Origin: Candidatus Kaiserbacteria bacterium GW2011_GWA2_52_12
GTDB lineage: Bacteria; Patescibacteriota; Minisyncoccia; Phycocordibacterales; UBA2100
Direction: 5' to 3'
Length of the DNA: 52,693 nt
Assembly: GCA_001004345.1 (NCBI GenBank)
Contig: LCQW01000005.1
Coordinates: 1 to 52,693, forward strand
Positions 30,301 to 39,929 of this stretch are shown here, piece after piece (the stretch's first letter is position 1; each line of letters opens with the position of its first letter). The position numbers and the translations under genes were made by a program. Under the pieces are notes generated by a model. The model was not told where the DNA came from. It was given only the letters and a program-made list of their open reading frames with translations, and searched no databases.

Positions 30301-33284
30301 AACGGTACGATCATAAAGGAATTGAACGTAAATGGCAGAAAATATGGGCTTCGAAGGGCATTTTCAAGACCGCCGACGCTAAAAAAAATAGCGATAATTT
30401 TTACCTCCTTACCGAATTTCCGTACCCGTCGGGCAATCTCCACGTCGGACACTGGTATGCATTTGCGGTGCCCGATATTCTCGCGCGTGCGCTGCGCATG
30501 CAGGGGAAAAATGTGCTGTACCCGATCGGTTTCGATGCATTCGGACTTCCAGCGGAAAATGCCGCGATAAAAAATAAACTCAACCCCAAGAAATGGACGT
30601 ACGCCAACATCGCGTACATGAAAAAGCAGATCGTCTCAATGGGGGCTTCATTCGACTGGTCGCGCGAAGTCATTACCGCCGATCCCACATATTACAAATG
30701 GACGCAGTGGCAATTCTTGCAGCTCTTCAAAAAAGGTCTCGCATATCAGAAAGAGACGGCCGTCAACTGGTGCCCAAAAGACAAAACGGTTCTGGCCAAC
30801 GAACAAGTAGTGGGTGGCAAATGTGAGCGATGCGATTCGATCGTCGAGCAGAAGATGATGCTGCAGTGGAATATCAAGATCACCGATTACGCCGACAGGC
30901 TCATCGACGACCTTGAGCCTCTTGATTGGCCGAAGGAAATAAAAGAGTCGCAGCGCAATTGGATCGGCCGCTCGGAGGGTGCGGAGATCGATTTTCGTCT
31001 ACCGATCGATACGATGAAACATGTCGTTATTTTGCACAGTCGAGGCGGGACGCCGGATTCCGATTTCATCCCGTGGGTAAAAGATGAACTTGAAAAGCTG
31101 GGATACACAGTTGAAGTGCCCATGCTCCCGAATAATACTGAACCGGACGATATTGAGCAGTCAAAATATATTGCGAAGAATTGCACGATTGATGAGAATA
31201 CAATCATTGTCGGACACTCTTCAGGTGGCCTTGCGGCCATGCGACTTCTTGAAAAAACAAAAGGGGGTCGCCTTGTGCTCGTTGGTACTCCTCATAACTC
31301 TGTGTTTGCAGACGGCAAGGAACGCGCATCCGTTTCGCGCTCGATCAATCGCGGATACGACTACAGGAAGATTTGCTCGAATGTGCGGGACGTTATCGCA
31401 CTCTACGATAGTGGCGATCCGATCATTCCGCTTTCGGACGGAAAAGCGTATGCTGAAAAACTCGGAGGAATATATATCGAGGGTAAGGGAACGATAGGCC
31501 ATTTCAACGGTGATAAGGAGCCGGATGTTTTGATGGCCATAACGCCGACGCTCCGCGTGTTCACAACTCGCCCAGACACCTTATTTGGTGCCACGTATCT
31601 CGTGCTCGCGCCGGAACATCCGTGGATCGCGCTCGTACTCACACATTGTGGATTGTTAACAAATGAGGATGAAATAGGGCGATATATCGCCCTATCGAAG
31701 AGAAAAACGGAACTTGAACGTTTAGTCGATCAAAAAGAAAAGACGGGCGTGAAGCTTGATGGTGTCGAGGCGATCAATCCCGCGACGGGGGAGAAGATAC
31801 CGGTATTTGTGGCGGATTACGTGCTTGCCACCTACGGCACTGGCGCCATCATGGCAGTGCCCGCGCACGACGAGCGTGATTTTGCATTTGCGAAAAAGTT
31901 CGACCTGTCTATAAAGAATGTGATACGACCGGCAACTTTAGGGTTTGGACCGGGGGGAAATTATCGGTCGCCAACAATCAACGAATCGCACGAAAATGTA
32001 CATGTTTACAGCGGCATCGGTGAATTGATGGATTCGGGAGAGTTCAACGGTCTGTCAGGACAGGCTGCAAAGATAGCTATAACTGAACGTTTCGGACGCA
32101 AAAAGACAACCTATAAACTGCGCGATTGGATCGTATCGCGCCAACGTTATTGGGGTGTGCCGATACCGATCATTCATTGCAAAAAGTGTGGAGCAGTCGC
32201 GGTGCTCGACAAAGACCTGCCGGTGAAGCTTCCGGAAGTCAAAGATTATTTGCCGGAAGGGAGCGGAAAATCTCCACTTGCCAAAGTAAAGACATTTGTG
32301 GACACGGTGTGTCCTAAATGTTGCTCAAAAGCTATGCGAGAGACCGACACACTCGATACGTTCATTGATTCATCATGGCACTTCCTGCGTTATACGGATC
32401 CGAAAAATACAAAAGAATTCGCGTCGAAAAAGAAAATGATGAATTGGATGCCTGTCGATCTCTATTCGGGAGGGGCCGAACATACAACGATGCACTTACT
32501 CTATTCACGATTTTGGCACAAGGCACTTTTCGACCTCGGATTGGTCGACGACCATGAACCGTACAGGCGGCGTATGAATCGGTCGCTCATCCTCGGGCCT
32601 GACGGTCAAAAAATGAGCAAATCACGCGGCAATGTCATTGATCCGGATGCTATCGTGGCGCAGCTCGGTGCCGACACGGTACGCATGTATTTGGCGTTTA
32701 TCGGCCCATACAACGAAGCGTCGAGTTATCCGTGGAATCCCGATGGGGTGGTGGGCGCGAGGCGGTTTTTGGAACGTGTATGGAGGGTAGGGGAGTTGGT
32801 ACAAAAAACAGATGTATCGGAGTTGACCACATTGCTGCATAAAACCATCAAAAAAGTCGGCGACGATATCGCAGCCATGAAATTCAACACGGCCATCAGC
32901 CAGCTCATGATATTGCTTAATGAAATTGAAAAGCAGAAAAAAATAAGCACAGATCAGTGGGCTACTCTTTTGAAGCTACTTGCGCCGTTTGCGCCACACA
33001 TGACGGAGGAATTGTGGGCTCTTGCGAAACACAAATCCTCTATTCATACACAAGAATGGCCGGTATACGATCCTCAATTACTGCAGGATGCGACGGTGAC
33101 GATAATGATCCAGATCAATGGTAAAACTCGCGGTGAGATTATTGTTTCTTCGGATGCAGATAAAGCAACTGTTGAGGCAAAGGCGCGCGAGGCGATGACG
33201 AGTCGCATGGGAGGGAAGTCTGTCACCCGTACCATTGTCGTCCCGGGCAGGCTGATCAACTTTGTACTAGAGGAGAAGTTATAG
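30297..33284 (+). CDS. leuS: Leucine--tRNA ligase with inserted alpha/beta hydrolase domain
   Basis: FPYPSGNLHVGH, VFTTRPDTLFG, GTGAIMAVPAHDERD, SRQRYWG, KMSKS; extra domain with GHSSGG. Confidence 0.97.
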   Translation: MKRYDHKGIERKWQKIWASKGIFKTADAKKNSDNFYLLTEFPYPSGNLHVGHWYAFAVPDILARALRMQGKNVLYPIGFDAFGLPAENAAIKNKLNPKKWTYANIAYMKKQIVSMGASFDWSREVITADPTYYKWTQWQFLQLFKKGLAYQKETAVNWCPKDKTVLANEQVVGGKCERCDSIVEQKMMLQWNIKITDYADRLIDDLEPLDWPKEIKESQRNWIGRSEGAEIDFRLPIDTMKHVVILHSRGGTPDSDFIPWVKDELEKLGYTVEVPMLPNNTEPDDIEQSKYIAKNCTIDENTIIVGHSSGGLAAMRLLEKTKGGRLVLVGTPHNSVFADGKERASVSRSINRGYDYRKICSNVRDVIALYDSGDPIIPLSDGKAYAEKLGGIYIEGKGTIGHFNGDKEPDVLMAITPTLRVFTTRPDTLFGATYLVLAPEHPWIALVLTHCGLLTNEDEIGRYIALSKRKTELERLVDQKEKTGVKLDGVEAINPATGEKIPVFVADYVLATYGTGAIMAVPAHDERDFAFAKKFDLSIKNVIRPATLGFGPGGNYRSPTINESHENVHVYSGIGELMDSGEFNGLSGQAAKIAITERFGRKKTTYKLRDWIVSRQRYWGVPIPIIHCKKCGAVAVLDKDLPVKLPEVKDYLPEGSGKSPLAKVKTFVDTVCPKCCSKAMRETDTLDTFIDSSWHFLRYTDPKNTKEFASKKKMMNWMPVDLYSGGAEHTTMHLLYSRFWHKALFDLGLVDDHEPYRRRMNRSLILGPDGQKMSKSRGNVIDPDAIVAQLGADTVRMYLAFIGPYNEASSYPWNPDGVVGARRFLERVWRVGELVQKTDVSELTTLLHKTIKKVGDDIAAMKFNTAISQLMILLNEIEKQKKISTDQWATLLKLLAPFAPHMTEELWALAKHKSSIHTQEWPVYDPQLLQDATVTIMIQINGKTRGEIIVSSDADKATVEAKAREAMTSRMGGKSVTRTIVVPGRLINFVLEEKL

Positions 33285-34751
33285 TTTGAAAACGCGGGAA
33301 CTGCCGTGCGCGTCGTCGATCTCGTAGCCACAATCGAGAATTTTTGTTCGTAATTGGTCGGCACGCGCCCAATCTTTATCTTTGCGCGCTGTCTCGCGCT
33401 CGGCAATGAACGTGCGTATCGCTTCTGGCAGGTCAAAGAGCGTCAACTCGGCGCGCAATTCTTTGCTCGCAAGCTCTTGTGCGCGCTCGTCTGGATCGGA
33501 AAGTTTCAAACCAAGGACGCAATCGGCATCGAGAAGTGTAGCGATCTTTTCTTCTTTGCTGAGTGAATTATCCTTAATCATCTGCCACGCGGTAGCGAGG
33601 GCGCCCGGCGTGTCGATGTCGTCGTTGAAGCGTTGGTGGAATATCGTATGCCATTTGTTGTTTGGTGCCGTTGCTCGCTCTTTGTCTTTACAGTAAGCCA
33701 GCAATTTGCCGTATGCCGTCTGTGCTGCGGCGAGTGATTCCCATGTAAAATTCATCGGCGTCCGGTAGTGCGCCCCGAGGAAGAGGTAGCGAAGCGAGAG
33801 GGGATGAAAGCCGCGCTCTATCACATCGGAGAGATAGACGACGTTGCCTTTCGATTTTGCGATCTTACCGCCTGCAAGTTGTATGTGAGCACGATGAAGC
33901 CAAAAACGCGAAAATGGTTTTTTGCCGGTAGCGGCTTCCGACTGGGCTATCTCGTTATTGTGGTGAATGGCAACATGCTCGATACCGCCGGTATGGATAT
34001 CGATCTGCTCGCCGAGCGTGGAGCGTATCATGGCGGAGCATTCTATGTGCCAGCCGGGGAATCCCTTGCCCCATGGCGAATCCCATCCGAGCTTTTTATC
34101 ACTTTTCCAAAGAATAAAATCGGTCGGGCTGCGCTTTTCGGGGTCCGCTTTCACCCGTGCCCCTTCTTTGAGGGACGAGAGATCGATATTTCCCAATTGC
34201 CCGTACGATGGGAAGCGCGACGTGTCATACATCACGCCGCTTTTTGTGCGGTATGCGTATCCTTTTTCCTCGAGTGTCCGTATCATCGCTATTTGCGCGG
34301 GGATATAATCGCTCGCGCGGGGGAATGTTACCGTGTCCACCTCCACGTTGAGCGCACGCATATCTTCCAGAAAAAGCTGCGAGTATTTCTCTCCGAGCGA
34401 ACGCATGTTGGCCATCGTCAAGGCGAGTCCTTCACGTTTGAGGCCTTTCGTCATTTTGTCCTCGCCCTCATCGGCATCTGAAGTGAGATGTCCGAAATCC
34501 GTAAAATTAATGACTTGTTTAACATTGAAGCCATTGTATTGCAGCGTGCGGCGCAGGATGTCGGTGAAAACGAACATCGAAAGGTTGCCGATATGTTGGC
34601 GGCCGTAGACCGTCGGTCCACAATTGTACATGCGCACCAAGTTGTCCTTTTTTACCGCGTTGAATTCCTGCTTTACCGCACCGAGCGTGTTGTATAAATA
34701 AAGCGGCACCCGCCCCAGCCCTTCAGATCTGAAGAGGTCGAATAATCCCAT
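33279..34751 (-). CDS. cysS: Cysteine--tRNA ligase
   Basis: CGPTVY..HIGN, DFILWK, PGWHIECSAM, HHNNEIAQSE, KIAKSKGN. Confidence 0.96.
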   Translation of the reverse strand: MGLFDLFRSEGLGRVPLYLYNTLGAVKQEFNAVKKDNLVRMYNCGPTVYGRQHIGNLSMFVFTDILRRTLQYNGFNVKQVINFTDFGHLTSDADEGEDKMTKGLKREGLALTMANMRSLGEKYSQLFLEDMRALNVEVDTVTFPRASDYIPAQIAMIRTLEEKGYAYRTKSGVMYDTSRFPSYGQLGNIDLSSLKEGARVKADPEKRSPTDFILWKSDKKLGWDSPWGKGFPGWHIECSAMIRSTLGEQIDIHTGGIEHVAIHHNNEIAQSEAATGKKPFSRFWLHRAHIQLAGGKIAKSKGNVVYLSDVIERGFHPLSLRYLFLGAHYRTPMNFTWESLAAAQTAYGKLLAYCKDKERATAPNNKWHTIFHQRFNDDIDTPGALATAWQMIKDNSLSKEEKIATLLDADCVLGLKLSDPDERAQELASKELRAELTLFDLPEAIRTFIAERETARKDKDWARADQLRTKILDCGYEIDDAHGSSRVFKL

Positions 34752-34752
34752 A

Positions 34753-35664
34753 TTAGAGCCATCCTTTGTGCTTGAAGTACCAGAGCATTATCGAACCAGA
34801 GCCAAGGACGGTGGCAACAACGAACCAAAAACCGTTCTGCATGGTGTCGATTGGATTGCTCGTGAAATGGAGATTGAATATCGCGACGAGGAGCGCGAGC
34901 GGGAAGGTGAGGAACGCCATAATAGTGAGGACGCGCATCGTTTCGTTTTGTTTTGTGGTGAGGAGAGAATTGTTGGTCTCGCGAAGCTCGTGGAGTGATT
35001 CGGTGTTGCGCATGACATGGTTGTGTACGCGATAATATTCATTGGAAAGCGATTTTAAATAAGGTGTGAACGATTCACCGAAAACGGTCGCACCCGCCAC
35101 TTCGAGCTCTCGCAACACATCCCGGTGCGGCTCTATGACCTGTCGTATGTTCAGGAGGTCGCGCGCGGCGCGCGATATTTCTTCGACCATACCCACTTCT
35201 TGTCCGGCGAATATTTTTTCTTCGATGGTATGGAGACCAATGCGAATGGCCTCTATTTCGTCCTCCATCGCTTTATAGATCTCCTTCATCATGTAAAAGA
35301 ACAAAAAGCCGGCGTGATCACCGACCGGCTGCTTATCCAAGATCGAATTAACTTCGAAAATTTTTGAAAACTTGTGCAAGGAATCGATCGTGTCGTATCG
35401 CGTCGTGATGAGGAAATTCTTGCCGATCACGAAATCAACCTCCTGTTCTTTTTCCTTGTGTGAATGCCGCAGCGCCGGAAAATGCAATACAAGATAGAGG
35501 TGGTCGCCGTGTAATTCGGTGCGCGGCTTGGTCGAGGGCACCATGAGTTCCTCCGATACGAACCTGTCGATGTTGTACGCAGAGGCAAGTTCTTGCACCT
35601 CCTCACGGGTTGGCGTTTCGACATCGAACCACACAAGGTCTTTGTGCTCAAACTTGGTTTTCAT
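34753..35664 (-). CDS. corA: CorA-family divalent cation transporter (non-canonical signature)
   Basis: WFDVETPT, RTE..YLVLHFP, QNETMRVLTIMAFLTFP, two C-terminal TM helices. Confidence 0.85.
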   Translation of the reverse strand: MKTKFEHKDLVWFDVETPTREEVQELASAYNIDRFVSEELMVPSTKPRTELHGDHLYLVLHFPALRHSHKEKEQEVDFVIGKNFLITTRYDTIDSLHKFSKIFEVNSILDKQPVGDHAGFLFFYMMKEIYKAMEDEIEAIRIGLHTIEEKIFAGQEVGMVEEISRAARDLLNIRQVIEPHRDVLRELEVAGATVFGESFTPYLKSLSNEYYRVHNHVMRNTESLHELRETNNSLLTTKQNETMRVLTIMAFLTFPLALLVAIFNLHFTSNPIDTMQNGFWFVVATVLGSGSIMLWYFKHKGWL

Positions 35665-35755
35665 ATACATATAGTATACCTGATGATAGAGCTCGTTTAA
35701 CGTCCATTGCATGTTATTCTTAGATACTTTCCAATGGGGTACTTGGCAACATTTT

Positions 35756-36898
35756 ATGAACCCGCTCTTCAAAGAACATCACCATAAAACACTGCATGTC
35801 CGCATTATGGTCATTGCGGGGATTGTTCTCGCCGTCGCCGGTTTTTTTACCGGATATATTGCGGCGGGGAAGAGTGCCGTGCTCCCCATCATAGGACAGG
35901 AAGCGCAGCCGCCGGGAGAGCGCGTGTGGGGAATGATAGAGGGCCTCGCGGCCTCTTTGAACGATCCATATAGTTTCTTTTTGCCACCCGTAGAAAGTCA
36001 GCAATTTAATTCGGACATGAGCGGCTCGTTCGAAGGAGTGGGCATGGAGATAGCTGTACGCGACCAGATACTGACGATTGTCTCGCCGCTCAAAGGTACG
36101 CCGGCGTATAAAGCAGGGCTGAAGAGCGGCGATCAAATTTTGAAAATTAACGGGACGGATACGCACGGCATTGATGCAAGCGCTGCCGTGAAATTGATAC
36201 GCGGACCGCAAGGAACGAACGTAACGCTCACGATACTGCGCGTGGGATGGAGCGAGCCAAAAGATTTCAAGGTCATGCGCGACGTCATCGATGTGCCGAC
36301 TGTCACGACGACCGCGCGTCCCGACGGGATTTTTGTGATCCAGGTATACACATTCACGTCCAATTCGCCCGAGCTTTTCCGTGGTGCGCTCAGGGAGTTC
36401 GTGCAATCAGACGACTCAAAGCTCATTCTTGATCTGCGCGGCAACCCCGGGGGGTATCTTGACGCGGCGGTCTCAATGGCGAGTTGGTTCTTGCCTTCCG
36501 GCGCGGTCGTGGTGACGGAAGATTATGCGGGGCACTCGTCCAACATCGTGCATCGTTCGCTCGGTTATGATATCTTCAATAAAAATCTTAAGATGGTTAT
36601 TTTAGTTGATAAAGGATCGGCATCGGCTTCCGAAATTCTTGCCGATGCGCTCCGGTACTATGGAGTCGCAAAGCTCGTCGGCGTGAATACCTTCGGCAAG
36701 GGTTCGGTTCAGGAGCTGATCGAGATCACTCCCGAAACGTCACTCAAGCTCACGGTCGCGCGCTGGCTGGGACCCGACGGCAAACAGATTCCCCGCGAGG
36801 GAATAGTGCCGGATGTGAAAGTGGAGATGAGCGAAAAGGATGTAAAAGAAAAACTCGACCCGCAGCTGGACAAAGCCGTCGAGTTGGTAAATAAATAG
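35756..36898 (+). CDS. ctpA: S41 C-terminal processing protease
   Basis: LNDPYS, GSFEGVG, PDZ domain, LDLRGNPGG, SASASEI, TFGKGSVQ. Confidence 0.92.
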   Translation: MNPLFKEHHHKTLHVRIMVIAGIVLAVAGFFTGYIAAGKSAVLPIIGQEAQPPGERVWGMIEGLAASLNDPYSFFLPPVESQQFNSDMSGSFEGVGMEIAVRDQILTIVSPLKGTPAYKAGLKSGDQILKINGTDTHGIDASAAVKLIRGPQGTNVTLTILRVGWSEPKDFKVMRDVIDVPTVTTTARPDGIFVIQVYTFTSNSPELFRGALREFVQSDDSKLILDLRGNPGGYLDAAVSMASWFLPSGAVVVTEDYAGHSSNIVHRSLGYDIFNKNLKMVILVDKGSASASEILADALRYYGVAKLVGVNTFGKGSVQELIEITPETSLKLTVARWLGPDGKQIPREGIVPDVKVEMSEKDVKEKLDPQLDKAVELVNK

Positions 36899-36903
36899 CA
36901 TAT

Positions 36904-37350
36904 ATGAAAATCCTCATACTTAAAGATGTCGGTGGGGTAGGGCAACACGGCACCGTCAAAGAGGTGAAGGATGGCTATGCGCTCAATTTTCTCATTCCAA
37001 GAGGTCTTGCGGTGCAAGCTACTCCGGAGAAGGTGGCAGCGCATGCGAAGCAGGCCGAAGAAAACGCGAAGAAGGCGGATGCTGCCAATAAAGACATGGT
37101 AGAGAAACTACACAACCTTAACGGTAGAAGAGTCGTAGTAAGAGCGCCTGCAAACAAGCAGGGGCACTTGTTCAAGGGCATCAACAAAAAAGCCGTGGCG
37201 GACGAATTAAGTAATCTTGGAGCTGCAATCTTGCCGGACACCATTACAGGACTGGAGGATGCCATCAAAGAAGTTGGTGAGTATGTAATACACGTAGTTG
37301 ACGCAGGTGTTGATGCTGCTATCACGATTGCGGTCGAAGCCGCTAATTAA
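36904..37350 (+). CDS. rplI: 50S ribosomal protein L9
   Basis: [36 protein letters not shown]. Confidence 0.95.
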   Translation: MKILILKDVGGVGQHGTVKEVKDGYALNFLIPRGLAVQATPEKVAAHAKQAEENAKKADAANKDMVEKLHNLNGRRVVVRAPANKQGHLFKGINKKAVADELSNLGAAILPDTITGLEDAIKEVGEYVIHVVDAGVDAAITIAVEAAN

Positions 37351-37619
37351 ACGACGTCTACGATACTGCGACGATTGGATCGTCCGTCAAAATTCGTTTT
37401 TCGTTTTGTGTGGAAATGCACAGTGCCCGCAATCTCAGCGAACAGCGTGTGGTCTTTGCCGACGCCGATATTTTTTCCGGCCATGATCTTGGTGCCGCGT
37501 TGGCGCACGATGATCTCGCCGATCCCCACTTTTTGACCGTCAGCGCGTTTAACCCCGAGATACTTCGGATTTGAGTCGTTGAGATTTTTCGCTGAGCCGC
37601 CTGCTTTTGTTGTTGCCAT
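37347..37619 (-). CDS. rpmA: 50S ribosomal protein L27
   Basis: [38 protein letters not shown]. Confidence 0.96.
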   Translation of the reverse strand: MATTKAGGSAKNLNDSNPKYLGVKRADGQKVGIGEIIVRQRGTKIMAGKNIGVGKDHTLFAEIAGTVHFHTKRKTNFDGRSNRRSIVDVV

Positions 37620-37638
37620 AATGCTGTAGTATTCCCCG

Positions 37639-38016
37639 ATGGGTTTCGGAACTATACAGGAATTCACCGCTCGCCGCAAGGCATTTCTTGAGGAGGGAGT
37701 GGGCGACTGGGGGCTATATATAGCCATTTGCCTCCTCGCCCTCGCTGCGTTTGGCCTAGGCCGTATTTCGGCCCTACAGGGGTCGCGGCCGCCCATTTCC
37801 GTGACGCAGGCTGCCGCAGCAGCTGCTTCACTGGGGATGTACCCGGGCGGACAGATAATCGCATCGATAAGCGGAGGAACCTACTACTATCCGTGGTGCT
37901 CGGGAGCTACAAAGATCAAGGAGGGTAACGCGGCGTGGTTCAAAGATGAACAGGCTGCGCAAGCTGCCGGCTATCAGCCTGCCAAGAATTGCAAAGGCCT
38001 GCCTGTCGGTAGGTAG
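37639..38016 (+). CDS. Membrane-anchored protein with Ada metal-binding-like domain
   Basis: One TM helix then IAS..YYYPWC..KIK..WF..A.AAGY.PAKNC. Confidence 0.75.
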   Translation: MGFGTIQEFTARRKAFLEEGVGDWGLYIAICLLALAAFGLGRISALQGSRPPISVTQAAAAAASLGMYPGGQIIASISGGTYYYPWCSGATKIKEGNAAWFKDEQAAQAAGYQPAKNCKGLPVGR

Positions 38017-38017
38017 G
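37998..38017. repeat. Short palindrome forming the last codons of the Ada-like ORF
   Basis: cctgcctgtcggtaggtagg, a hairpin with G-U pairs. Confidence 0.5.
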
Positions 38018-38055
38018 TTTGGCTACCGAGTGATGCGGGGTACAATGAGCTGCAT

Positions 38056-38652
38056 ATGATCGTCATTGACGTTGAAGCATCGGGAACAGACTACAGCAAA
38101 CACTCGATCGTGAGCGTCGGTGCTCTCGATTTTGCGAATCCCAACAATCGCTTTTATGAGGAGTGCCGTATTTGGGATGGCGCGCACATCATGGATGAAG
38201 CAATGGAAGTGAACGGCTTTACGCGTGAGCAGATCACCGATCCGAAGAAAATGAGCGAGGCCGACCTCACGCACGCTTTCCTCGCGTGGAGCGAAGGGGT
38301 ACCCGAGCGCACGCTCGCCGGTCAGAACGTTTCTTTTGATAGAGATTTTTTTAGAGCAGCCGCCGAGCGTGCAGGACACACCGATTGGCCGTTCGCCCAC
38401 CGCACGATTGATACGCACACGATGTGCTACATGCACATGATACAGCGGGGAAAACAGCCGCCCGTCCAGCACCGACGTTCCGCGCTTAACCTCGATGCCG
38501 TGCTTAACTATGTGGGCATTCCAGAAGAACCGAAACCGCACAATGCCCTTACGGGTGCACTTTCGCACGCAGAGGTCATCGCACGACTTTTGTACGGCCG
38601 CAAACTGCTGCCGGAATTTTCCCAATTCGAAATCACCTGGAAAAATAAATAG
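38056..38652 (+). CDS. DEDDh-family 3'-5' exonuclease
   Basis: IDVEASG, GQNVSFD, TIDT, HNALTGA (ExoIII Asp replaced by Gly). Confidence 0.85.
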   Translation: MIVIDVEASGTDYSKHSIVSVGALDFANPNNRFYEECRIWDGAHIMDEAMEVNGFTREQITDPKKMSEADLTHAFLAWSEGVPERTLAGQNVSFDRDFFRAAAERAGHTDWPFAHRTIDTHTMCYMHMIQRGKQPPVQHRRSALNLDAVLNYVGIPEEPKPHNALTGALSHAEVIARLLYGRKLLPEFSQFEITWKNK

Positions 38653-38668
38653 AAGTTCAGAAATTTAA

Positions 38669-38708
38669 TCCGTACTTATCTTAACCGGTCGGATAGAATA
38701 AGTACGGA
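38669..38708. repeat. Palindromic element, family D
   Basis: 11-bp IR tccgtacttat/ataagtacgga around AACCGGTCGG. Confidence 0.8.
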
Positions 38709-39183
38709 ATATTTTTGTCCCATGTACCCCTTGCGGGGAGGGGAGGAGTGATATTCCGGTACAAAAAAGTCGCTCAAAAAATTGTGCACCGCAAAAATAT
38801 TCTCAATTGAAATGTTTTATGCGGGCGAAATGTCGCAAAAGGAGAGGGGCACATCTAGAGTAGCCGAGCTTGCCTGTGGATAACTTTTCATGTCGTAATA
38901 TATAGCGTGTCGCACAATATATCTTTTCCGACGTATAGATCTGGCAAATCCGGATGCTGCGGCTGTGCTGATCGTGCCATGCATGGGGTTTTGTCATTGG
39001 CTGTGTGTACGTGCGTTGTAGAGGCGTATACGAGGTCAAATCACCCATACTTGGCATTCAGACTGAATCGGTTCCCTAAAATTTTCTATCGCCTTTTTCC
39101 GAGCTCGGATCGCAATTATTGAATAGGCCACAAAAGGCCCGCCGGTCCCCTATGGCAAAAATAGCTTTTTTTGGAGAGTCAAA

Positions 39184-39214
39184 CAAAAAGACCCCGATAA
39201 TCTGGGGTCTTTTG
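39184..39214. terminator. Bidirectional terminator-like hairpin
   Basis: aaaagacccc/ggggtctttt stem flanked by A and T tracts. Confidence 0.55.
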
Positions 39215-39281
39215 AGTGCGGCGGTATCATTTACTTTTCACAATGTCAAATTTCTTATTTTTTCTATTGTACAATCACCAC

Positions 39282-39929
39282 GTGACCTATTCCCTGCGGC
39301 TCAAATCAACTTTAACATCCGACGAGCGGAAAATTTTTGCGAAATTGCGGACGCCGCAGAAAATTCAGGACTATTTGGATACCTTTCCGGTCAATTTTGA
39401 GCAATGTGGTGAGACGTATATGTCGCCGCGGCGCGTCATAGAGGAAAAAACGGCGCATTGCCTCGAGGCTGCCGTATTTGCCGCTGCGGCGTTTGCATAC
39501 CATGGCCAGCATCCTCTTTTAATGGACCTGCAAACGATTTCAATGGATCAAGATCATGTTGTCGCACTTTTTCAGGTCAACGGGTATTGGGGCGCCATCA
39601 GTAAGACCAATCATGCCGTTCTGCGATACCGCGATCCGATATACTCTACGCTCCGCGAGCTTGCCGCGTCATATTTTCACGAATATTTTATGGATGATGG
39701 TCTTAAATCGCTCCGGCGTTATTCGAAACCGTTTGACTTATCCAAGTATGCGCCGGAAAAATGGGTCACAGCAGAAAAAGACCTATTTTGGCTCATTGAG
39801 CCGCTTGATTCCTCTCACCACTTCCCTATCGTTCCGAAAAAAAATGAGCGACTACTGCGGCATGCCACGCAAGCCGAACTCGACGCCACTGATTTCGTCG
39901 AGTGGAAAAAGAAACCTGATGATTTATAA
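39282..39929 (+). CDS. Transglutaminase-like (Cys-His) hypothetical protein
   Basis: TPQKIQDYL, SPRRV..AHCLEAA, DHVVALF, WGAISKTN; GTG start 6 nt after TACAAT. Confidence 0.75.
   Translation: MTYSLRLKSTLTSDERKIFAKLRTPQKIQDYLDTFPVNFEQCGETYMSPRRVIEEKTAHCLEAAVFAAAAFAYHGQHPLLMDLQTISMDQDHVVALFQVNGYWGAISKTNHAVLRYRDPIYSTLRELAASYFHEYFMDDGLKSLRRYSKPFDLSKYAPEKWVTAEKDLFWLIEPLDSSHHFPIVPKKNERLLRHATQAELDATDFVEWKKKPDDL

Noticed and set aside
31002-31547. LeuRS insert as an intein or intron
   Set aside because: No N-terminal Cys/Ser or C-terminal His-Asn junction, no homing endonuclease motif, and the reading frame is continuous.
31926-31970. Imperfect hairpin in a variable LeuRS loop
   Set aside because: Several mismatches and no second copy; may be chance.
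38875-38883. oriC call from a DnaA box
   Set aside because: Only one perfect box here and one at 2488; no cluster and no dnaA gene.
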